The position numbers were made by a program, and so were the translations under genes. Of a DNA stretch of 64,000 nucleotides, positions 56,443 through 64,000 are shown piece by piece. The stretch's first letter is position 1; each line of letters starts with the position of its first letter. The stretch comes from a virus, in the IMG/VR virus record IMGVR_UViG_3300023313_000006, positions 11,324-75,323 of that record. One strand, given 5' to 3'. The notes under the pieces were generated by a model, which was not told where the DNA came from, searched no databases, and saw only the letters and a program-made list of their open reading frames with translations.

Positions 56443-56994
56443 GTGTTTGTTTTGTCCAAGAAGGAAAACAACTATTATGTTGACAACAAGAAATTCTATG
56501 ACGAAATGGTGAAGTGGAAGGCCGAATTGGAAGTGAATCCAGACGCCCCAATGTCAAACACCATTGGCCGAAAGATTTTGCTCATCTGCCAGCGCATGAT
56601 GACGCGACCCAACTTCATTGGTTATTCATATCGAGACGAATTTGTTTCCGATGCCATTGAAATTTGCGTCAAATATGCCAAGAACTTCGATCCCAACAAG
56701 ACAAAAAACCCGTTTGGTTTCTTTTCGCAAATCGCCTACTATGCTGCTGTTCATCGAATCACCAAAGAAAAGAAGCATCATCACACCAAAGCAAAGATGG
56801 TTCAACAAGCGGGCGTCCATGCTATGAGCGACGATTTTCATCTTGATTCGCACCAGAGCGACGACGATTATGTCAACACCTATAGAGATTTTTTGCGTGA
56901 TTTTTATGACATTGAACTAGAGCAACCAGAAAAGAAAGAGCGAAAGAAAAAAGAACCAGAAAAACCGGCTTTTGACGTGACGCAGGGTATTTGA
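56443..56994 (+). CDS. gp55: Late sigma factor gp55
   Basis: YVDNK.F, PNF.GYSYR.E...DA.E, NFDP.K..NPF.FF.QI.Y.A...RI..EKK. The true start may be TTG 56452. Confidence 0.95.
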   Translation: MFVLSKKENNYYVDNKKFYDEMVKWKAELEVNPDAPMSNTIGRKILLICQRMMTRPNFIGYSYRDEFVSDAIEICVKYAKNFDPNKTKNPFGFFSQIAYYAAVHRITKEKKHHHTKAKMVQQAGVHAMSDDFHLDSHQSDDDYVNTYRDFLRDFYDIELEQPEKKERKKKEPEKPAFDVTQGI

Positions 56995-58055
56995 TGAAGA
57001 TTGTCATTCTTGGTGATACTCATTGGGGTATTAGAAACGACTCCGATCAATTTGCGGATTATTTCATGTTGTTTTATGACAACATCGTTTTCCCCTATAT
57101 GAAAAAACACAATATCGACACAATCATCCAGACCGGCGATTTTCTGGATAGGCGCAAAGGCATATCATATAAAACGCTTCATTTCATATCAACGCGCTTT
57201 ATGAATGTCATCGAAAAAAACGGCTGGCATATTCACATGATACCGGGCAACCATGACATTTATTATCGTCATTCAAACGAAGTTAATTCGATCACCGAAT
57301 TGTTTTCGTGGATGAAAAACGTTCACATCTACAACGAACCAACAACAGTCAAGTTTGATTCGTCAACCATCGATTTCATTCCTTGGATGAACAAGCAGAA
57401 TTTCGACGACTATTTGAAATTCATTGAAGCCAGTGATTCCGAATGTTGTGTTGGTCATTTTGAAATCGATGGTTTTGAAATGTATTCGGGTGTCGCTGGT
57501 CATGGAACATTGAGCGCTAGCGCATTTTCCAAGTATAAACGTGTGATTTCTGGTCACTATCATCACAAATCAACAAAGAAGAATATCACATACGTCGGCA
57601 CGCCCTACGAAATGACGTGGAGCGATTTCAACGACCCGCGCGGTTTTCATGTTTACGATACAGAGACAAATGAATTGACGTTCGTCAAGAATCCGTTTAG
57701 TATGTTCGTCAAGGTGTTTTTTGATTCGGATATGGATTATTCCGCGTTCGATTTTTCTGTCTTGAAAGACAAGATCGTTAAAATCATCGTTCAAAATCGT
57801 TCAAATCCGGCGATATATGAATGGTTCGTCAACGAAGCGGAAAAAGCAGCACCGATTGATTTGAGTATCGTTGATTCGGATGTCATTGCTGTTCATGGCG
57901 TCGATCAAAGCGAATTTGATTCGATTGATGTCTTGACAACGTTGATCGAATCTGCTAAATTGACGGCTCAAAACAATTCGCTTAAATCTGATGTCATGGC
58001 GAAGCTGGTCAAAACCGTGTACGCAGAAGCAATCGAAAAGGGAAGAATGAATTGA
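56991..58055 (+). CDS. gp47: Recombination endonuclease gp47 (Mre11/SbcD-like)
   Basis: GDTHWG.R, GDFLD.R, GNHD, GH.E, SGHYH. Confidence 0.95.
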   Translation: MMKIVILGDTHWGIRNDSDQFADYFMLFYDNIVFPYMKKHNIDTIIQTGDFLDRRKGISYKTLHFISTRFMNVIEKNGWHIHMIPGNHDIYYRHSNEVNSITELFSWMKNVHIYNEPTTVKFDSSTIDFIPWMNKQNFDDYLKFIEASDSECCVGHFEIDGFEMYSGVAGHGTLSASAFSKYKRVISGHYHHKSTKKNITYVGTPYEMTWSDFNDPRGFHVYDTETNELTFVKNPFSMFVKVFFDSDMDYSAFDFSVLKDKIVKIIVQNRSNPAIYEWFVNEAEKAAPIDLSIVDSDVIAVHGVDQSEFDSIDVLTTLIESAKLTAQNNSLKSDVMAKLVKTVYAEAIEKGRMN

Positions 58056-60259
58056 TCGTTTTTGAACAAGTAACATACAAAAACTTTTTGTCCGCTGGCA
58101 ATAAACCGATTACAATTCAACTGAATAAAGTCCCAATTACCGTAGTCGTGGGGCAAAATGGTAGTGGTAAATGCCTCGACCCGCACACGCGAATAAATGT
58201 TAGGGGAATAACAGACGAAGCGCACGAAGCATTACAAAGGTTCGTTGAAGATGATTTTGGTGATTGTTTTTATGTGTCTATTGGCGAACTATATGAATTT
58301 ATTAAAGAAAATCCTAATTATTCAGCGAGTTTTGAAGTCGAAGGGCGTCATGGATTCAAGCAAATCCTAGATTGTTTTGTGTCGTCTATCGATGATGATT
58401 GTGTTGAAGTTTCTCTTGAAGATGGGAATTCTGTTATATCATCATTCGATCATATCTGGATGATGAAAGATAAAGGGTGGATTTCTGCTAAATGCTTGCG
58501 CGTTGGTGATTGCTTAGAAACAAAGTCTGGCTATAGCAAGATCGTTTCGTTGGATGTGTTGCCAGAAAAAAGAGATTTGTTTGATTTAACCGTCGCTGAA
58601 CAGCCAGAATTTTATGCCAATGGTATTGTGTCGCATAATAGTTCGGGCGTGATCGATTCTATCTTTTTCGCTTTATACGGGAAATCGTTTCGCAAGTTGA
58701 AAAAAGAACAGCTTGTCAATTCAATCAACCGCAAAAATTGTGTCGTCGAGCTTGTCTTTTCAATTGGTAGCACGAAGTATAAAATCGTTCGTGGCATCAA
58801 GCCGAATGTGTTTGAAATTTACGTCAACAACAAACTACACAAACAGCCGGCATCACTGAAAGATTATCAGGATTGGCTCGAAAACACCGTCTTGAAGATG
58901 AACGAAACGACGATGAAACAGATCGTCTTTCTCGGTTCTAGCACTTACGTCTCGTTCATGCGTCTTTCAGCCAAAGAACGTCGCAACGTGGTCGAAGAAA
59001 TCCTTGATATTCAAGTTTTTTCTTTGATGAACGAAGTCGTCAAAGAAAAATTGTCGAAGCTGAAAGAGACCTATCACGACACACAAAAGAAAATTGACAT
59101 CATCAATAGCGAAATTCGATTGCTAGAATCACACAAAGAAAAAATGAATGCTGAACGTGTCGATCGAATTGAAGATTATAGAGCAAAAATCGACAAGGCT
59201 CTTGCTGTTCTTGCTGATTTGAACGAAGCGGCGAAAAAGGACACCGAACAAATCGATTCGTTGTCTGCTTCTATTGTCAAGAAGGAACAGACGGAAAAAG
59301 AAGCAAATGAATTGAAATTCTTGAAGAAGCGAATTGACGCCAATGTGAAAAAGCTGAAATCGTCGCTTTCGTTTTTTGAAACGACCGACGTGTGTCCAAC
59401 ATGCGAACAGGCAATTTGCGATGAAGTCAAGTCAAACAAAGTTGATGAACTGAAAAACAAGTTGAGCAACGTTGTTCTTGGTAGCGAACAAGCAGAAAGG
59501 GCGCTAGAAGAATTTGAAAGCAAGCTAGCGGAAATGAATGCTATTCACGAAAAGATTTGTTCGATTGAAAAGCGAATCATTGAAACCAATAGCAGAATAG
59601 CGTCCGGCAAACAATATATTGAAACGCTGGAAAAAGAAATGAATGATTTGGTCAACAAAGACAAAGATGATTCGTCGTTGACCGAAATCGATGATGAAAT
59701 TTCAAGCAAGCGTGCTGAAAAAATAGAAGCAGAGAACGAGCTATCGGAAATTGCTGATATGTCACAATATCACAAAACGTTGATGGTCATGCTCAAAGAC
59801 GACGGCATTAAAAAGCAGATCATCAACAATTATTTGCCGACGATCAATTCTTTGATTCGCAAATACTTGGAAATCTTGGAATTTCCATGCGAATTTACTT
59901 TCGACGATGAATTTAATGAAACGATGAAGTCGCGCTATCGTGACGTGTTTTCGTATGAGAATTTTTCGGAAGGACAAAAGCTGCGCATCGATCTCGCAAC
60001 GCTGTTCACATGGCGTGAATTGGCGAAGTTGAGAAATAGCGCATCGTGTAACTTGCTTGTTTTGGATGAGATTGGTTCGTCGTCGCTGGACGCAGAAGGA
60101 ACGGAAGCGTTCTTGAAGATCATTTCTGCTGTATCAGCCGAAAATAATAACGTGTTTATTATATCGCACGATTCGTATGTGAATGAAACGGATTCGACAT
60201 CGAGATTCCTCAAATATACGATAAAAAACAACTTTTCCGTTGTTGAGGAAGTGGCATGA
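58052..60259 (+). CDS. gp46: Recombination ATPase gp46 (Rad50/SbcC-like), intein-containing
   Basis: KNFLS.GN, G.NGSGK, CPTC zinc hook, FSEGQK.RIDL, LDE, ISH. Confidence 0.95.
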   Translation: MIVFEQVTYKNFLSAGNKPITIQLNKVPITVVVGQNGSGKCLDPHTRINVRGITDEAHEALQRFVEDDFGDCFYVSIGELYEFIKENPNYSASFEVEGRHGFKQILDCFVSSIDDDCVEVSLEDGNSVISSFDHIWMMKDKGWISAKCLRVGDCLETKSGYSKIVSLDVLPEKRDLFDLTVAEQPEFYANGIVSHNSSGVIDSIFFALYGKSFRKLKKEQLVNSINRKNCVVELVFSIGSTKYKIVRGIKPNVFEIYVNNKLHKQPASLKDYQDWLENTVLKMNETTMKQIVFLGSSTYVSFMRLSAKERRNVVEEILDIQVFSLMNEVVKEKLSKLKETYHDTQKKIDIINSEIRLLESHKEKMNAERVDRIEDYRAKIDKALAVLADLNEAAKKDTEQIDSLSASIVKKEQTEKEANELKFLKKRIDANVKKLKSSLSFFETTDVCPTCEQAICDEVKSNKVDELKNKLSNVVLGSEQAERALEEFESKLAEMNAIHEKICSIEKRIIETNSRIASGKQYIETLEKEMNDLVNKDKDDSSLTEIDDEISSKRAEKIEAENELSEIADMSQYHKTLMVMLKDDGIKKQIINNYLPTINSLIRKYLEILEFPCEFTFDDEFNETMKSRYRDVFSYENFSEGQKLRIDLATLFTWRELAKLRNSASCNLLVLDEIGSSSLDAEGTEAFLKIISAVSAENNNVFIISHDSYVNETDSTSRFLKYTIKNNFSVVEEVA
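58172..58639 (+). mobile_element. Mini-intein (156 aa) in the gp46 Walker A motif
   Basis: GSGK|CLDPHT...S.DH...DLTV...FYANGIVSHN|S; no endonuclease domain. Confidence 0.92.
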
Positions 60260-60393
60260 TTTTTGCTACAACAAGGCATGGATGTTCTGCTGATCGCTTT
60301 TGCTTTGTTGGTCATCTATTTTTTCCGTTGACAAACGCCATCGAATGATGTAGCGTTTGGTTTGTTGTTGGCGGCACAAGGAAACAAAAACGC

Positions 60394-60422
60394 TTGACAA
60401 CGTGTTTTTGTTATGCTACAAT
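60394..60422 (+). promoter_or_regulatory. Sigma70 promoter
   Basis: TTGACA-17 nt-TACAAT. Confidence 0.8.
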
Positions 60423-60448
60423 TGCGCTATTGAATGAGTGAGGTTATT

Positions 60449-62464
60449 ATGTCCAAAGAAATTTATCTAGCAAAATTGATGGCAGAAGAAGATATTGACG
60501 TTCTTTTCAAGAACGTTGACACCGCTGCTTTTGATCTGAAAAATCGTGTTCTTGTTCTCCCGTCTTATATTAAATCGATGCCAGAAGATGTGCGCTACGG
60601 TTTAACTGCGCATGAAATCTCTCACGCGCTGAACACGCCACTGAATGAACGTTGTGGCGAAGATTTGGTGAACGTGCTGGAAGATATTAGAATCGAAAAG
60701 ATTATCAAGCGCAAATATCGCGGTTCCGCTCGCTATATGCGCAACATGGGCAAAATCTTTTTCGATGAAGAATGGTTTGGGACAAAATCCGAAACAGAAA
60801 TCAATTCAATGAATTTTATTGATCGTCTCAACGTATATGCCAAGACGTTCGAATCAAACATTGGTATTGATATTAAATTTTCTGATGAAGAACAGGTTTT
60901 CGTCAAGCGCGCGTTTTTGACTTCTTCGTTCGACGATGTGCTGAAACTTGCCGACGAATTGAAAGACTTTGCTGAAAATGAAAGTGAATCGTCGTCTGGT
61001 GATGTCATTACCGATAATTGTGACAGCGTTGATTCTATGGACGAAGGGAATGGTGCCGATAATGGCGAAGGTTCCGAATCGGGCGATGACAATGCCACCG
61101 ACAATTCAGATAGTGTTGATTCCGCGAATGACGAACAAGAAGGTTCCGACGACGAAAATTCTGCTTCTAGTGGTACTAGCGGTCATAACGTTCATAACGA
61201 AGGCGATTTTGAATCTGAAACGCTTGATGCCATGAAGAAAAAGATCGAAAGTTTGACCAACGACGATGACGAAGAAACACTTTCGATTCTTCTGCCCAAC
61301 AAACAACTTTCTAAAATTCGGCCATTTGACGATTTCTTTACTGTCTATGAAAGCACGATTTCTGATTATTTGAAATCGAAGCGCGAAAAGAAAGCAAAGA
61401 AATTCGTCAAGGAAGCAAAACCGCAAGTGAATCATCTGATCAAGCAGTTTGAAATGCGGCGCAATGCTCAAGCTTGGGCAAATCGAACCAATCAGCGCAC
61501 CGGAGAGATTGATTGTGATGCTTTGTCACAATATAAATTCACTGATGATATTTTCATGTCAACCGACCTGCTCCCGAACGGTAAAAATCATGGACTGGTG
61601 ATGTATGTTGATTTTTCTGGTTCGATGAGCGTTATGATTGAAGATGTTTGCCAGCAAATTGCCATCCTCTCAATGTTCGCTCGTGGTGCTGGAATCAAAT
61701 TCCGCGTTATTGCTTTCACTTCAACTTCGATTTTTGAGCATTATGGATGCGATAAAATTGGAAGAATTGAAGATGATTCACCGTTCCCGTCGTTTCGTCC
61801 GTTTTATGATGCGGTCGAACTGTCAAACGATTCAATGAAACAAAAAGACTTTGATCGGTTCATTGAAACGATGGTGAATATCGATGATTTCTTTATGTAT
61901 GTTTCTGGTGGCACCCCACTGTTTAATTGTCTGGTTGACACTTCGCTGGAAGTTGTGAATTGGAGAAACAGGCACAATATCGAAGTGCTGAACACAATCG
62001 TTTTTACTGATGGTTTGTCGCAGGGTTTGAGCGTTGACTATAAAGGTGAACGGATATATAACAAAAAACATGAATATATTGATCGTGTAACCAAGATCAC
62101 TTATTCTGGTCGGTTTGATGAAGCAGAAGTCTATGATATTTACAAGAATAGAACCCAATCGCGCCTTTCTGTTTACTATGCCGGCGTTGCTAGAAATCTG
62201 AAATATCGGTTCTATAATTCTGCCGAAATCTTTGATGCTATTGCTAGAGCAAGAAAAGACGGTGTAGCAGTCTTTGATCACATGAGCGATGTTGTTGATG
62301 TATATTTCATCTATCTTGTGAACAAAAAGATCAGCACTTTTGACTCTGCTAATGACATTGATATTCCAAGCGGCAAAGCAGCAGCATCGGCGTTCGTCAA
62401 GAAAGCCCGCGCGAAGAAAAAGTCAAAAGTGTTTGCTAACTATCTGATGGATTTAATTGCTTGA
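60449..62464 (+). CDS. HExxH metalloprotease-like plus vWA (CobT-like) protein
   Basis: AHEISH, N..ED.RIE, acidic linker, DFSGSM MIDAS, TPL, FTDG; GAGG RBS before ATG 60449. Confidence 0.8.
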   Translation: MSKEIYLAKLMAEEDIDVLFKNVDTAAFDLKNRVLVLPSYIKSMPEDVRYGLTAHEISHALNTPLNERCGEDLVNVLEDIRIEKIIKRKYRGSARYMRNMGKIFFDEEWFGTKSETEINSMNFIDRLNVYAKTFESNIGIDIKFSDEEQVFVKRAFLTSSFDDVLKLADELKDFAENESESSSGDVITDNCDSVDSMDEGNGADNGEGSESGDDNATDNSDSVDSANDEQEGSDDENSASSGTSGHNVHNEGDFESETLDAMKKKIESLTNDDDEETLSILLPNKQLSKIRPFDDFFTVYESTISDYLKSKREKKAKKFVKEAKPQVNHLIKQFEMRRNAQAWANRTNQRTGEIDCDALSQYKFTDDIFMSTDLLPNGKNHGLVMYVDFSGSMSVMIEDVCQQIAILSMFARGAGIKFRVIAFTSTSIFEHYGCDKIGRIEDDSPFPSFRPFYDAVELSNDSMKQKDFDRFIETMVNIDDFFMYVSGGTPLFNCLVDTSLEVVNWRNRHNIEVLNTIVFTDGLSQGLSVDYKGERIYNKKHEYIDRVTKITYSGRFDEAEVYDIYKNRTQSRLSVYYAGVARNLKYRFYNSAEIFDAIARARKDGVAVFDHMSDVVDVYFIYLVNKKISTFDSANDIDIPSGKAAASAFVKKARAKKKSKVFANYLMDLIA

Positions 62465-62488
62465 CATTTGATTTTGAATGTGTATAAT
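62461..62488 (+). promoter_or_regulatory. Sigma70 promoter
   Basis: TTGACA-16 nt-TATAAT, overlapping the upstream stop codon. Confidence 0.75.
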
Positions 62489-62540
62489 TGCGTTTGTTGG
62501 CGACGTTGACCAACACTAAAATTGAATAGGAGATTTCATT

Positions 62541-63680
62541 ATGGCTAAAAAAACTCGCGTTACGATTGACACTTTTGCGCAGATGGCGTTCGATGTATAT
62601 GGACGCACGGAATTGAAGCGCGCCGAAATCAAGGCTGTGGCTGAAAAGAATAACGTTCAAATCCCCGGAACAGCATTTGATAACAAAGTGACTCGTGGTG
62701 TTTTCGATGTGTCCGCGGGTCACAATTTCAAAACGAAAAAAGTTGCTGATCCGGTTGTCGAAGAAAAATCTATTCCGGCACAACCAACGTCAATCCAAGC
62801 TGTGCGAAATGCGCAAGACAACTTTTTCATTGACGTTGATCCGAACTATGTTCCTTGGGGCAACTTCAAAGATATTTCAACCATCATTAAATCCAAAAAG
62901 TTTTTTCCTGTTTTCGTCACTGGTTTGTCTGGCAATGGCAAGACAACTGGAATCGAACAGGCTTGCGCAAAACTTGGTCGTGAATGTATCCGCGTTAATT
63001 TTGATCGTGGTACGACCGATCTCGATTTGATTGGTGGCATGAGCTTGGTCAATGGCGACACCGTTTTTCAATATGGGCCAGTTGTTGAAGCATATATGCG
63101 TGGTGCTGTTTTGATCCTTGATGAAATTGATCTGGCATCTCATAATGTGATGTGCCTTCAAGCGGTTCTTGAAGGAAAGCCAATCTTCATCAAGAAACTA
63201 GGCAAAAAGATTTACCCAGAAAAGGGTTTCACTGTTTTCGCTACAGCTAACACGAAAGGCAAAGGTTCGCACGATGGTCGTTTTGCTGGAACAAACGTTT
63301 TGAATGAGGCGTTTCTTGATCGTTTTCCGATCACTATTGAGCAGAACTATCCATCGCTTGCTATTGAGCGCAAAATCCTCGCCGCTTATAGCAAGAATTT
63401 TGCCGATGAAATCACTGATCGTGATTCAGAGATCATTGAAAATCTGGTTCGTTGGGCACAAACCACGCGAAAGAGCTTCTTTGAAGGTTCGATCGACGAA
63501 CTAGTCTCGACTCGCCGCTTGGTAGCAACTCTTGAATCATATTTCATTTTTGGTGACATCAAGAAAGCAATTTCTTATGCCACCAATCGCTTTGACGAAG
63601 AAATCGCCGAATCGTTTGTTGAACTTTATCAGCAAATCGACGAAGGTTTGGTTGAATTCGACGAAGAAGAAAATGCTTGA
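62541..63680 (+). CDS. MoxR/CobS-like AAA+ ATPase
   Basis: GLSGNGKT, LDEID, ATANTKG.G...G.F.GTNVLNEAFLDRF, STRRL. Confidence 0.9.
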   Translation: MAKKTRVTIDTFAQMAFDVYGRTELKRAEIKAVAEKNNVQIPGTAFDNKVTRGVFDVSAGHNFKTKKVADPVVEEKSIPAQPTSIQAVRNAQDNFFIDVDPNYVPWGNFKDISTIIKSKKFFPVFVTGLSGNGKTTGIEQACAKLGRECIRVNFDRGTTDLDLIGGMSLVNGDTVFQYGPVVEAYMRGAVLILDEIDLASHNVMCLQAVLEGKPIFIKKLGKKIYPEKGFTVFATANTKGKGSHDGRFAGTNVLNEAFLDRFPITIEQNYPSLAIERKILAAYSKNFADEITDRDSEIIENLVRWAQTTRKSFFEGSIDELVSTRRLVATLESYFIFGDIKKAISYATNRFDEEIAESFVELYQQIDEGLVEFDEEENA

Positions 63681-63705
63681 CAACTAGAACAACTTAGATT
63701 AAAAT
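63677..63705 (+). promoter_or_regulatory. Sigma70 promoter for gp45
   Basis: TTGACA-17 nt-TAAAAT, overlapping the upstream stop codon. Confidence 0.75.
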
Positions 63706-63727
63706 TAGCCTTCAAAAAGGAGTGGAT

Positions 63728-64000
63728 ATGAAACTATCAAAAGAAACGATTGAAGCACTGAAAAACTTTTCTGGAATCAACACGTCTCTGGTGTTGCGCA
63801 AGGGCAACCGTCAAAAAACCGTCGCTTTGGCAAAAAACATTCTAGCAGAGATCGATGTTCCTGACGCTTTTCCAATGACTGTTGGAATCTATGATTTGCC
63901 GGAACTGTTATCGATTCTTTCCGTCATGCCAGACGCAGATGTTGAATTTGGTGAAAAGGCGATGACGATTTCTTCTGGACGAATGAAAACCAAGTATGTA
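63728..64000 (+). CDS. gp45: Sliding clamp gp45 (partial)
   Basis: MKLSKETIEALKNFSGINTSL...GIYDL.ELL; AAGGAG RBS; runs off the window. Confidence 0.92.
   Translation, partial: MKLSKETIEALKNFSGINTSLVLRKGNRQKTVALAKNILAEIDVPDAFPMTVGIYDLPELLSILSVMPDADVEFGEKAMTISSGRMKTKYV

Noticed and set aside
1-64000. Stop-codon reassignment or tRNA genes
   Set aside because: Core genes are full length in the standard code and end in all three stop codons; no tRNA cloverleaf was noticed by eye (tRNAscan not run).

Overview
A 64-kb segment of a lytic, T4-like (T4-superfamily) myovirus genome, probably from a proteobacterial host (inference). Positions 1-48.6 kb are the virion module: partial tape-measure/hub gene, gp51/gp26/gp54/gp2 on the minus strand, then gp4, gp48, gp53, hub, gp5, PAAR, gp25, gp6-8, a VrlC-like protein, about 18 kb of modular fibre, chaperone and lysis genes, gp13-gp23 and a Hef-like endonuclease. 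UvsW, UvsY and gp3 follow on the minus strand. A ~1.9-kb ORF-free region (53.0-54.9 kb) comes next, then the replication/recombination genes dda, gp55, gp47, gp46 (with a mini-intein), a vWA/MoxR pair and the start of gp45. The most notable observation is the ORF-free region: two perfect leftward sigma70 promoters read into a ~0.95-kb, densely base-paired putative ncRNA that ends in a 110-nt GC-rich hairpin and a strand-skewed repeat tract, and the whole unit is bracketed by two copies of a 78-bp three-box element. This could be an RNA-primed origin or a new large ncRNA. The second is a T-TTT-TTC -1 slippery site that would fuse gp26 to an unannotated gp51 directly upstream of the tape-measure gene, like the lambda G/GT chaperones. 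All family assignments come from motif recognition and synteny; no database searches were run.
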